A stretch of 63,425 bases of DNA, counting the filler, from Hyphochytrium catenoides (lineage: Eukaryota > Protista > Hyphochytriomycota), in NCBI GenBank assembly GCA_900088475.1. It is 9 parts of 9 records of this genome, joined end to end, with 100 filler letters (N's around TTAATTAATTAA, not from the genome) between each part and the next. Parts side by side here need not be neighbours in the genome. Positions count along the whole stretch, not along the records: positions 24,723 to 32,355 come from FLMG01000494.1; positions 32,456 to 33,648 come from FLMG01001321.1; positions 33,749 to 35,168 come from FLMG01001310.1; positions 35,269 to 36,413 come from FLMG01002492.1; positions 36,514 to 38,682 come from FLMG01001921.1; 4 more parts are not named here. One strand, written 5' to 3'. This document shows, piece by piece, positions 25,990-37,150 of this stretch. How positions within the stretch are numbered: position 1 is the first letter of the stretch; each line of letters begins with the position of its first letter. A program made the translations under genes and the position numbers. The notes beneath the pieces are model-generated. The model ran no database searches and was not told where the DNA came from. It saw nothing but the letters and a program-made list of their open reading frames with translations.

Positions 25990-28923
25990 TCAGAACTGAA
26001 ACTCATCAAAGTGCGCGACGAACATTTCTCTCGGCTCCACGACCTTCAGCGCTCTCTTCACACTGTTCTGCAGCCCCATCGGCCCAGAGACAAACAGATA
26101 ATAGGGAGACATGTCTCTCTCTCTTTCTTTCTCTCCTGTGAGAGACACCAAATCGCTAAGAATCAGGCCAAAGTCGGGTCGTTGGCGCTTCTCCAAGAAA
26201 GAAATTCCACTGTGCGGCGCCGTCCAGTCTCTCTCCTCAAAAAACGCAGGGACCGTCTCTCCCCTACGCGCCTCTCTCTTCCTCATCGAGTCCAACTCAC
26301 AGGTCTGGGGAAGGGGTTGACTCCGACGACGTAGGGAGAGAAGAAAGAGGAACGCGAAGAGGCTTCCGCAGAGGAGGAAGAGAGTTGGCTCCAAGAGCCG
26401 TAAAGCATACCATGGAAGTGCTCCTTCTCTCTCTTCCTCTCTCTCTCCTGCACCTGAACTCTCTTTCGTCTGGGTATCTGGGCGGGCCAGGGCCCAGAGG
26501 GCGAGAACAGGAAGGTAAGAGGCGCACCAGACGCCAAGATGCAGAGCTACTGCTTGCCCGCAGCTGAGGGCAAGAGGACAGAATGGAACGCTCTTTTCGA
26601 GTCTCTCTCCCGCTTCGCTGGCTCCAGCGCCAGCATTGTTCTGTGCACTGCTGCCCTGTGTGCTCTCTTCTTCCTCTCCTGACCATCTGTGTCTCTCTCT
26701 CTCCTCCTCCTCAGCTTCTATGAAGTGAGGGGCCGAGGATAAGGATAGCGAAGGGAACAAACCCATAATACCTCTCTCTTCTGACTGCCTTGTGCGCGCG
26801 CTCTCTCTCTCTTCTCTGTAAAGGGGAGAGACGGCGAGAGGAACGGATGGATAGACGTCCTTCTCTTTCTCACTCCTTCTCACTCTTTCTCCGTCTCTTT
26901 CCATCTGCTGCTCTCGGTCTCTCTCTTCTTCTCTCTCCACCTCCGTGCCAGTGACATGCACGTACAGCTCGAAGACATTGCTGGAGAGGCGGGAGATTTC
27001 ATTGAGAAGAGAGAGAAAGGGCTGGACAGCCGCTCTCTCTCGCACCACCCAGTGCAAAATAACCTTCTCGGGCGCTCTCTCTCTCCCGGACAGCAGCGCA
27101 TGGTAACAATCCCTAAGAACACTGAGCACGGGCGTGATCCCAAGCCCACCAGCGATCAAGACCACACGTCGCTGCCTGCGAAAAGACGGCGGTTGGCCAT
27201 AGAAGCCATCCACCTTCACCTGCACAGCACAGCGTCCATCTCCTTTCTCTCTCTGTTCCTTTCTCCGCTCCTGCTTTGCGATGTGCCGCGCTAAGCGGCG
27301 CGTCCAGCTGCCGCACACGCCGCCGTGGATTGTGAAGCTTGAGAGATCGTCTCCTGGTGCGGAGCTGACGCTGAAAGGATGCGCTTGTAGGGGATCTACC
27401 GCGGGGACAGTGAGGAAGATGAACTGACCTGCTCTGAAGCTCTCTCCTTCTCTTCTCTCTTCTCGTCTCTCTCCTCCTTCGCCCAAGGCGGCGGGCGGTT
27501 GGAGCTCAATAGTCATAGTAAAGAGCGCACCTTTCTGGCTTACCGTTGCCTCTCTCACAACGCACCGGGTAGACGTCGCCAGCGCACGGTGCGCTCGAAA
27601 GAGAATGTAGAGACATAACGCTGGGTAGAACCAGAAGAGTAGGCCCTCTATGTGAAGGATGGCGGCGTAGGTGCTCACGACAGCTAAGACAATGTGCGCA
27701 CGGTAGAAGACACGATACCATCGTCGTCGAACAACGTCCAAGGAGAAGAGCCAGAGCGCACTAAGTGCCAGGCAGCCGATAAGGCCTGCGAAGTTCTCCC
27801 AGGCCACGATTCTCTCCTTCTCCGAGAGAGAGAGACACGAAGAAGAAGAAGAGAGAGAGAGACAGGGAAGAGCCTCTCGTCTCCAGGTCCCTCTGATGGT
27901 CCAGAGGAGGTAGAAAGAGAGACCATGCAGGTTATAAGAGAGAATGGCCAGGCGGCCCAGCCACCGATGATAGCGCACAGCCGCGCCGTAAGAGACGCCC
28001 CAGAGGCGCAGCCACGCCGCGCCTTTGGCTACTGGAAAGAGGAGAAGATAAGAGCAGAAAAGGCCCGCAAAGCCCGTCACTCTTGCTGCAACAAAGAGTC
28101 CTTTCTCTGTCTGTCTCTCTTCTTTCTCTTCTTTCCCCTTTTCTTCTTCTCCTCCTTCTTCTGGAAGGACAGGGGAGGGAGGATTGAAAGAGAGAAAGAC
28201 AGCGACCCACACGGCGATGATCACTAAGATGCCAAGGAATATTAGTGTCTCACGGAGAGAGAACCAACGCTTGCAGAGGAAGAAGAGAGGCCGCGATAGA
28301 ATGGTTCCTATTGTCCTCCTGACTCGAGAGAACTTGCGAGACAGAGTGCCGCTGCAGTGTTCAATGTACAGCAAAGCGCAGAGAGAGAAGAGAAGAGGAG
28401 GGAGAGAGAGACGGAGAGAGGCATCCAGCTTCTCTCCGAAGCTCTCAGAATGGCTTTGTCTCTCCTCTCCCCCATCCTCCCATGTGAAGTCTCCCCTAGA
28501 GCCCTTTCCTAGGAGAAAGAGAGAGACCATCGCTAAGAGACAGAGAGACATCAAAAGGCCCAATAACAAGGGCAAACCGCGAGACAGAGCGAACCGCCAG
28601 CGCTGGACATATCTCGCTTCTTCCTTCCTCTTCTTCTCTGTCTCGAATGTTTGGAAGCTTCCCCCTGGGCTCTGAGGGTCTTTTAGCTCTTTCTCTCTCT
28701 CTCTTTCTCTCTCTCTTTCCCTATTTCTCTCTCCCTTCTCCTTGCACGCACTGCTGGCACGGTACACAGACGGGAAAATGCTCAGGTTAAGCTGGAGAGG
28801 AAGAGAGACAGTTGGGGGAGAAGAAAGAGAGAAGTGTCCACCTTTGTCGGGAGAGTAAGCTCCGCAGAGAGAGCCCTTCATCTTCTCTATTGCAGAGGAG
28901 AACAGTAGAGGAAGGAGAGACAC
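25990..28923 (-). CDS. Ferric-chelate reductase (FRE/FRO, NOX superfamily); true start uncertain
   Basis: Heme ligands in YHRWLG...LHG and HIVL...LHI, FAD motif HPFSVSS, DGFYG, NADPH motif LIAGGLGITP, SGP, and C-terminal HFDEFQF. Confidence 0.9.
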   Translation of the reverse strand: MSLLPLLFSSAIEKMKGSLCGAYSPDKGGHFSLSSPPTVSLPLQLNLSIFPSVYRASSACKEKGERNREREREREREKELKDPQSPGGSFQTFETEKKRKEEARYVQRWRFALSRGLPLLLGLLMSLCLLAMVSLFLLGKGSRGDFTWEDGGEERQSHSESFGEKLDASLRLSLPPLLFSLCALLYIEHCSGTLSRKFSRVRRTIGTILSRPLFFLCKRWFSLRETLIFLGILVIIAVWVAVFLSFNPPSPVLPEEGGEEEKGKEEKEERQTEKGLFVAARVTGFAGLFCSYLLLFPVAKGAAWLRLWGVSYGAAVRYHRWLGRLAILSYNLHGLSFYLLWTIRGTWRREALPCLSLSSSSSCLSLSEKERIVAWENFAGLIGCLALSALWLFSLDVVRRRWYRVFYRAHIVLAVVSTYAAILHIEGLLFWFYPALCLYILFRAHRALATSTRCVVREATVSQKGALFTMTIELQPPAALGEGGERREERREGESFRAGQFIFLTVPAVDPLQAHPFSVSSAPGDDLSSFTIHGGVCGSWTRRLARHIAKQERRKEQREKGDGRCAVQVKVDGFYGQPPSFRRQRRVVLIAGGLGITPVLSVLRDCYHALLSGRERAPEKVILHWVVRERAAVQPFLSLLNEISRLSSNVFELYVHVTGTEVEREEERDREQQMERDGERVRRSEKEKDVYPSVPLAVSPLYREERESARTRQSEERGIMGLFPSLSLSSAPHFIEAEEEERERHRWSGEEEESTQGSSAQNNAGAGASEAGERLEKSVPFCPLALSCGQAVALHLGVWCASYLPVLALWALARPDTQTKESSGAGEREEEREGALPWYALRLLEPTLFLLCGSLFAFLFLLSLRRRSQPLPQTCELDSMRKREARRGETVPAFFEERDWTAPHSGISFLEKRQRPDFGLILSDLVSLTGEKERERDMSPYYLFVSGPMGLQNSVKRALKVVEPREMFVAHFDEFQF

Positions 28924-29002
28924 ACGGAGGAAGTGTTATTCTCTCTTTCTGGGAGTGAAAACACGCAGAGAGAGAGGGACGAGAGAGAGAAGGGACGAGA
29001 GA

Positions 29003-29059
<57 letters not shown>

Positions 29060-29420
29060 GAAGAGAGAGAAAGGCTCCAGTTCCGCAGACTGCCGCCGAT
29101 TTGATAGAGAGAGCGCAGGCACCCGCTGAGCATTCCGCTGGAATTGACAAAGTGAAGCTCCTACGCGGACACGAAAGGGAAGCTAGCATCATGAGAAGTA
29201 GAGAGGGATGTTTGGAGGTGGGGTGGCGGCGGAGGAAGAGAGAGAGGTGCAGAGAGAGAGAGAGAGAGAGAAGGAGAGGAGGATATGGCAGAAGATGGAA
29301 GGGAAGAGCCAAGAAGGCAGAGAGAAGGACACGAGAGAGAAGAAAATCCGAAGGAAGCGCATCCTCAGCCTGTGATTTGATGCTTCACGTTCCAACAGCT
29401 CCTTCTTCTCTTACTCTTCC

Positions 29421-29469
<49 letters not shown>

Positions 29470-29528
29470 GCTTTGCTGCTCTCTCCCTCCCACCATCGTG
29501 CAGCAGGCTTGGTGCTCTCTCTAGCTAG

Positions 29529-29722
29529 CTAGCTAGCTGTTCGGCTTTGCTGCTCTCTTCTCACGAACGTGCAGCAGGCTTGGAAGAACTGAAGGGTCAT
29601 CTGAACTAGCACGAGAGTGTGAGGCGCCGCATCATGGAAAGAGACAGCGCCTTGTTTGTAACGAGGAAGAAGAGAGCAAAGAAGTGAGGGAAGGAGAGAG
29701 AGAAAGAGAGAGTTGTGGAGAA

Positions 29723-29775
<53 letters not shown>

Positions 29776-30408
29776 AAAAGGGAGAGAGAGAGAGAGAAAA
29801 GGACAGAGAAAAAGGGAGAGAGAGAGAGAGAAAAGGACAGAGAGAAAGAGAGAGAGAGAGAAGGCACAGAGAGAAACGAGAGAGAGAGGCAGAGAGAAAC
29901 GAGAGAGAGAGAGTGAGAGAGAGAGCAGAGAGTAGATAGAATTAGATAGCAGTGCGCTCACTACCACCGAAAGAGCCAGAACTGACCAAGAATCCCTCAT
30001 AGATCGAGTTCCTGTTTGTACAGTACAGTAGAGAAAGCACCAACCACTTCTTGAAGGAGCATTTTGGTGCCTAAACGCCATTGAAGCCCTAGTTAGGACC
30101 CTGTCGAACAGTAGAGCATGTTAGTTTCTCGTAGGATTCATTAGTTTTCATTAGTCAAACATCTAGTGGAGACAGATTTGAAATGTTTCCTTGATTCTTA
30201 TTGCGGGCTGGCTTAAAGGAAAAAGGGCGTTTTCGCTTACAAAACCAGCTTTTTACCCTTTCTGGGTTCTGTAGCTAATTGTAATTTAAAGAGGTTTCAG
30301 AGTTGATGGTCTAGGAAATATTAGTTGGGTGATCTTGATGGAGTTGACATGATCAAAAACACGCAGTATCACATTTTGCTGCCTGTCAGGCACGCCACGC
30401 CTGCTCTT

Positions 30409-30451
<43 letters not shown>

Positions 30452-30839
30452 AGCTCTCTGTGTATATCTCCACGTCTATCTCTGTCTATCTCTTTCTCTC
30501 TCTCTATCTCGCTCTCCATCCCTGTTCTACCATCCTTTTGGGCTTGTCTCTCTCTGTCTCTCTCTTTCTTTCGTTCTCTCTCTTTCTCTCTTTCTTTTTC
30601 GCTTTCTCTCTCCCTCTCCCTCTCCGTCCCTTTTACCATCATCGTCTCGGTCTTCAAGGTGCGGTGCACCTTGACATGAACACTGAACGGAGGAGAGAGG
30701 GAGACAAAGAAGAAGAGGGAAAGAGAGAAAGGGAGAATGAGAGAGAGAGAGAGAGAGAAAGAGAGGGAAAGAGAGAGAGAGAGAAAGAGAGAGAGAGAAA
30801 GAAAGAGAGAGAAGGGAGAGAGAGAGAAGAGAGAGAGAA

Positions 30840-30883
<44 letters not shown>

Positions 30884-31319
30884 CAAAAAGGAGAGAAGAG
30901 AGAGAAGAGAGAATATAAAGAGTACTTTTCTCTGGCTCTTGAGCTTCTGCATCTGTGTTGTCACTCCTGGCGTCAGAAAGAGAGAGAAACAGGCCTCTAC
31001 TAAGAGTGATCGCTGACCATAAAGAGAGAGACAGAAGACATATCTTAACGAAAGAGAGACAGGTTTCTTCGTTGGACCTGGACGATGTCGAATAGAGAGG
31101 GCAGGAAAGGAGATGATGAGGTTTCTCTCTGTGTCCTCGTCCGGCTCTCTCTCTCTCTTCTCTCCTCTCTCTCTCTCCATTCTCTCTCTCTCTCTCTCTC
31201 GTTGCCTCTCTCACTCCCCCATCTCCTCATCAATCGATCTATCGTATTCAATAATTCTCTCTTTTTCTCTCTCTCCCTCTCTCGCTCTCTCTTCTCCTCT
31301 CTCTCTCCTCTCTCGCTTC

Positions 31320-31393
<74 letters not shown>

Positions 31394-32115
31394 CTCTCTC
31401 AAGGGTCCGAAGATAAGTATGAAGAGTAAATTCTAGTGCTTTGTATTACCCATGATAGCCTTCCTTCCCTACTCAGTAAATGACGGCAATGGTTCAAAAT
31501 CGAGAGAGAGAGCGAAAGAGAGAGAGAGAGAGACTTCACTAGATTTCATTAGTCGGCACAATGAAAGCACAAACATGGGAAAGAGATCAAAGAGAGAGGG
31601 AGAGAGAGTGTGTGAGAGAGAGACAGAGACAGACAGAGACAGAGACAGAGAGAGACCTAGAGAGAGAGAGAGAGAGAGAGAGAGGGGAGATAAAGAGAGA
31701 GAAAGCGGGATTCTCTTCTACTGCTTGGTGGGAAGCTTGTAGTTGGGCACTGGGCAGTGGTCGATGATCTCTTTCTTCGCCATGTCCAACATCCCTTCCA
31801 AGCCATAGCTGCAGATGACAGGGGAAATGCACAGAGAAAGAGTATGTGAGAGAAGAGTAAAGAGAGAGAGAGAGAAGTAAAGAGAGAGAGAGAGAAAGAG
31901 AGAGAGAGAAGAGAGAGGTCGAGAGAGAGAGAGAAAGAGAGACAGAGATTGAGAAGTTGGTAGGACCCTGACAGGACTGTGCTAGGAGAAGACTAGAGTT
32001 GAGACGGACGAGAGGAGGTGGCTTTCACGAAATTCCGGGTTGGCGAGAGAGAAGGACAAGAGAGAGAGAGGAGAGAGAGAGAGACAGATCAAGAGAGAGA
32101 GTGATCAGATCACCA

Positions 32116-32149
<34 letters not shown>

Positions 32150-32236
32150 AAGATGACTAGACAAGAGAAATGGGAGAAGATGAGGCTGACAGGAGTCATG
32201 AAAGCTTGCTTAAGCTATAACTAAAGAAATCGCCGG

Positions 32237-32268
<32 letters not shown>

Positions 32269-32355
32269 GAGAGAGAGAGACTCACCTAAGCACCTTGTCC
32301 CTGAGGAGAGAGACGAAGGGTCCCTCGACATGCGTGAGGCGTCCGATCCAGCGGG
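29529..32355 (-). CDS. Putative multi-exon gene of unknown function (3' part), small exons between long GA/CT tracts
   Basis: Islands of complex sequence with splice-like edges translate open, e.g. YGLEGMLDMAKKEIIDHCPVPNYK, ILNHCRHLLSREGRLSW, KVHRTLKTETMM and AVSFHDAAPHTLVLVQ. No family recognised. Confidence 0.35.
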
Positions 32356-32494
32356 NNNNNNNNNNNNNNNNNNNNNNNNNNNNNNNNNNNNNNNNNNNNT
32401 TAATTAATTAANNNNNNNNNNNNNNNNNNNNNNNNNNNNNNNNNNNNNNNNNNNNGCAGCGACAGGAGCTCATCAGAGACTAGGGGAACCAGTT

Positions 32495-32767
32495 TGTTGA
32501 TCATCTTCCGATCATTCTTCTTCCAGTTCTTCTTGCTTGTCTCTGTGAAATCCTTACTGTGAGCGGGTCTTTGCCATCAGCCAGCAGTGTCTGACACTCA
32601 TCCTCGATGTGGACGAGAAGGCCTAACTCATCCAATTTCCAGAAGAACACAGGAGCAGCAGAGGAGAGAGAAATGATGAGGGAAGCTGGGCCCAACAAAA
32701 AGATCTCGAGTCCAGACAAGGCTGTCAGGACTGAGTGATCATTCAGAGAAATCTCCATCACACATCA
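32495..32767 (-). mobile_element. Putative LTR (TG...CA, about 273 bp) of a retrotransposon nested in copia RT, followed on the minus strand by a PBS-like site
   Basis: Plus strand runs TGTTGA...CACATCA. Minus strand ends TCAACA-AAC-TGGTTCCCC. Its 32634-32767 part recurs at 34063-34195. Confidence 0.55.
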
Positions 32768-33648
32768 ATGCAGTCCCATGAGGTTTACGATCCAGTGCCC
32801 CCACCTCCCGGCGCTCATCTTATCGGCTCTCAATGGATCTTTAGGGTCAAGTTGCATAGCGATGGCTCAGTGGACAAGTACAAGGCCCGTCTAGTCGCTG
32901 TTGGCAATCGACAGAAGCAAGGTATTGACTTTAGCGAGGTTTTTGCTCCAGTGATAGGGTATGACACTGTCCGCTGCTTTCTCTCGCTGGCTGCAACGCT
33001 GGACCTCGAAGTGCATCACGTCGATATCAAGACCGCCTTCCTGAACGGTAATCTCGACGACCAGCAGGTGTACATGCGTCAACCACCGGGATTTGCAACC
33101 CCTGGACAAGAAGATCACGTCTGGAGGTTGAAGAAGTCGATATATGGTCTCCGCCAGAGCCCCAAGATGTGGAATGACACGCTGCACCATTATCTGATTG
33201 AGCAAGGGTTCCAGCCCAGCGTTTGTGACTTTGGGGTATACGTCAAGCGCCACTCTTCGAGACCTGAGGACCTTGAGATCGTCGGCGTCTTCGTGGATGA
33301 CATGCTCCTCTTTGCTCCCACCACCGGACAAATTGCAGGTCTCAAGACTATGCTGTCTGCTCGTTTCTCCATCACCGATCTGGGGGAGTTAGAATATAAC
33401 TTGGGCATCCAAGTAAAGCGGGATCGAGCTGCAACCTTCGCAGTCGAAGTATATAACCGAGATCTTGGAGCGCTTCTTCAACCTACTTGATGCCTACCCC
33501 AATCCTATCCCAGCGGTACCTAAGACGTACTTGCCCAAAGCTTCTACCATTCCTCTTTCTGATGATGGCGCTGACCGGTTGGCTCGCACCCCTTACCCTC
33601 AAGCAGTGGGTTCCTTGCTGTACGTCATGGTGTGCACGCGGCCTGATA
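32768..33648 (+). mobile_element. Ty1/copia reverse transcriptase fragment (frameshifted near 33440-33490)
   Basis: WIFRVK...YKARLVAVG...QGIDF, HVDIKTAFLNG, VYMRQPPGF, LKKSIYGLRQSP, VFVDDML, then PYPQAVGSLLYVMVCTRPD in another frame. Confidence 0.95.
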
Positions 33649-34062
33649 NNNNNNNNNNNNNNNNNNNNNNNNNNNNNNNNNNNNNNNNNNNNTTAATTAA
33701 TTAANNNNNNNNNNNNNNNNNNNNNNNNNNNNNNNNNNNNNNNNNNNNTTGCCTCACCAAGCCTTTACCTGCTCCTCTCTTTCGGACACTGCGTCCTCTG
33801 CTCCCTCCTAGTGTCAGTACTCCTGCCACTACTACCCACCTAGTAGCTTCGTCTGAGGGGGAGAGAGTGAGTGAGACCGACAATTAGGTGAGTTAATTCG
33901 ACCCTCACCACTGATGATCCAGAGAAAAGGTATGAGGGGAAGTGTCGAGTGCTACTATGTTCGTTGTCAGTAGTACAGTAGTCACTCTCTATACACACCT
34001 AGCTCTCAGGGACATAGACGTTACGGGTACACCTGTGTTATGGGAAAGAGGGATGTGAGAAG

Positions 34063-34195
34063 AATTTCCAGAAGAACACAGGAGCAGCAGAGGAGAGAGA
34101 GATGATGAGGGAAGCTGGGCCGAGCAAAAGATCTAGAGTCCGAGACCAGGCTCTCAGGACTGAGTCATCTTTCAGAGAAATCTCCACACACATCA
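34063..34195 (-). repeat. Second copy of the LTR-like terminus, abutting copia gag
   Basis: Closely matches 32634-32767 (aatttccagaagaacacaggagcagcagaggagagaga...gagaaatctcca..cacatca). Confidence 0.75.
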
Positions 34196-35141
34196 ATACC
34201 AAGTCCCTTTGTTATCATTGCATCTAGATTGTGCTCATACAGAAGCTTCAGGCATTGCCACCCATCTCTGTAAAGTTCATCAGAGTGAACAACGCAGACA
34301 ATGCGATTTGCTCAAAGAGATGATGACCAATGAAGACTTCAGTGACAAGCTCCTCATTGCATCCATCCTAATGGGGTTGCCAGTATCATTGCGAGGCACT
34401 GTGGACGCAATTCAGGTCCGCGGCACTGGCACTGTGACTGCCGATCAAGTGGAAGAGATTTCTCATCTCATCCATGAGATTAATCGCCGTAGAGCTGTAG
34501 CTGCGCAGCAGCGAGAGGCTACTACTGGTGAAAGAGGAGCTTATCACACCGAACGCCCGGACCCTCAGAAACGAGGTCCCGGAAAAGGAAGACGCAATCC
34601 TTGTCCTCATTGCAATGGAAGGACCCATCGTGCAGAACTATGTTGGGAATTGGAGGCCAATGCTCATCGTCGTCCGGCGGGGTGGAAATCGCGCACTAAG
34701 GGTAAAGATAGTAAGCCAGCTGCATTTGCGGCCTTTATTAATGCACTTGACGCTGATCAGCAGCGCGAGGAGCTAATCAACTCTCTTGGAATTGTCGCTT
34801 ATACCAAGTCTCCTCCTTGTGCCGACGAAAACGAAAAAGACCCCCCTCCAGAATCACAAGCAAAAGTGGCTTTCACAGAGAGCAACACCGCAGCACGGTG
34901 GATCATTGATAGCGGTGCCACGGATCATATCACCGGCAACCGGCAGCTTTTCCAGGACTACAAAGTCATAGATCCAATACCTCTACTCACAGCCGACAAC
35001 AGAAGCGTCAAGGCCATCGGTCAAGAATCAGACAAGCTTTCTCACATCACCGACCAACCGGACAGGCACTGTAACCCTTCAAAACGTCCTACATGCTCCT
35101 CGATTCACCACCAAAGATCTGTTATAATGTATGGGATTTGA
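34196..35141 (+). mobile_element. Ty1/copia gag-protease fragment
   Basis: ILMGLP gag motif, zinc knuckle CPHCNGRTHRAELC, and aspartic protease WIIDSGATDHIT. Confidence 0.9.
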
Positions 35142-35422
35142 AGACACTCTTAGTTAGGTTATGTGGTCNNNNNNNNNNNNNNNNNNNNNNNNNNNNNNNN
35201 NNNNNNNNNNNNTTAATTAATTAANNNNNNNNNNNNNNNNNNNNNNNNNNNNNNNNNNNNNNNNNNNNGCCGGTCTTTCGGAGAAAATAGGTCATTATTG
35301 ACCAGATCAGCCTGTACGAGAGTAATAATCCGGGTATTACTACTGATAACCTAGACGCGCGAGACAGATCAGGAACATACACTTGATAATCACTGAGGAA
35401 TAGACCGCGAGACAGACGGACG

Positions 35423-35469
<47 letters not shown>

Positions 35470-35499
35470 TGAGAGAGAGAGAGTGAGAGTGAGAGAGTA

Positions 35500-35536
<37 letters not shown>

Positions 35537-35960
35537 ATCGATACACAGTACCGGAACGCCATTAGTTGTACGAAGCGAGGCACTCTGGCGACCTTTCGTA
35601 GGTGGCTGTTGAGATCTTCACTGCATACAACAGGTCTCTCCTTGGGTTCCTCCTGCTTCTATTAGCGAGGTGGTCGCTTATCTATCAGATGCACGCACAT
35701 CGTCTCGATAACGTGCAGAACTACTCTAGTGCTTGCTACTGCTGAGACAATAGATGGAGGAGGATCTGTCCTCATGACTGCGGTCTCCTAGACTATCCCA
35801 ACAGGTTTCACGTGAAGAAGACGGACTGAGTTGGCTTTCAGGATAACAGAGATATAGTTTGACGGGTATGATGTTAGGATATCTATGTTACATGGCCCTG
35901 CTGCTATGACGCGGTAGGACTCCAGTTATGGACATTCTCAACTCAAACCAGCACTTCACG

Positions 35961-36285
35961 CTATTCCTCTTCATCACTGTCTTCTCCCTCCAGACCCATC
36001 AGACCCATGAGGCGCATTGCCAAATCTGCAGCTTTATCTCGTCTATCCTTGTCAGATAAATCGTGGACGCCACTCCGCATGGCGTTGACCTGGGCCAAAA
36101 GAGTGAGTACTACCTAAATGGTGGGTTGTGGCGCGCCTTTCGTTTGCTCACCTCCTCCATGAGGTGGTCCAGCTTCTCCATTTCCGATAGAGTCTGTGTC
36201 TCCGCTGGTGATGCCTGGCCAGGCTCTGAGATAGCCAGTAATTCGGATTGGATGCGCTCTGCCTGACCTTCAGTCTCCACAGAAC
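35961..36285 (-). CDS. AAGAB: 3' exons of alpha/gamma-adaptin-binding protein p34 (AAGAB/Irc6)
   Basis: Exons 36285-36152 and 36089-35961 splice in frame: ...EMEKLDHLMEE|VNAMRSGVHDLSDKDRRDKAADLAMRLMGLMGLEGEDSDEEE*. This matches the conserved AAGAB C-terminal helix pattern and is missed by the ORF track. Confidence 0.75.
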
Positions 36286-36774
36286 CTGCAGAGAATGGTA
36301 AGGTTCAGGTCTCGGAGCCATATGTGTACGAGAGGCTTTTAAAAGCCAGTCCACACCTATCCCGCATAAGGCAGAAGATTGAGACAATACTACTTATAGA
36401 AAAACAGGATAGTNNNNNNNNNNNNNNNNNNNNNNNNNNNNNNNNNNNNNNNNNNNNTTAATTAATTAANNNNNNNNNNNNNNNNNNNNNNNNNNNNNNN
36501 NNNNNNNNNNNNNATGGTGTAAAAATTTCCGGGGGGTTGACTGTACCTAATCCGCTGTTCTTTCTTTTTATGCGCTGCTTTTTTTTCCTACCCCTGCCCT
36601 TTCTTACCCTCTTTACTCTACTCGTGATCTCTAACCCCAAGCCGCTCCCTTTCCTTATGCTCGGTCCCTTTCCGCCGCCCTTTATCTAACCCCCGGCCCT
36701 ACTCCTAATACTAACACTTTTCTACCCGTTCTTTAACCTGCTCACTATTCCGCTCACTAAACTGCTTACTAACC

Positions 36775-37150
36775 CCCCAGAACCCGCTCCAACACGCTAA
36801 CTACCCTCTCTCACTAACTCCCTTGCTGACCAACTCCCTATCCCGCTGCCTTTATCTACCGTGCAGCTCCTTGCCTTTCCCGATGCCCTTTCATACCCGC
36901 TGCCCTTTTTAGTAGTTGCCCTGTGCTTAACTCCTCAGCTCTAACCAACTGCCCTTGCCCCCCCAAGCCCGCTCCAACACGCTAACTACCCTCTCTTTAC
37001 CTCGCTCGCTGACCAATTCCCTATCGCGCTGCTTTTTTAACGCGCTACTCTCTCTTTACTGGTGGCCTTTCTCTTATCCGGCTGCCATTTTTCTAAGTAG
37101 CTGGCTGCCCTGTGTCTAATTCCGCAGCCCTAACCCGCTGCCCTTGCCAG
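36775..37150. repeat. Degenerate tandem duplication, about 185-bp period, C-rich strand
   Basis: ccgctccaacacgctaactaccctctc at 36784 and 36969, with downstream similarity continuing (tgccctgtg...gcccttgcc). Confidence 0.75.

Noticed and set aside
21517-28923. Metal-uptake gene cluster (WtpA-like protein plus ferric reductase)
   Set aside because: An artificial linker at 24623-24722 separates the two genes, so the proximity is not evidence.
32768-35141. Retrotransposon with RT placed before gag (novel domain order)
   Set aside because: The two parts lie on different contigs joined by a linker.
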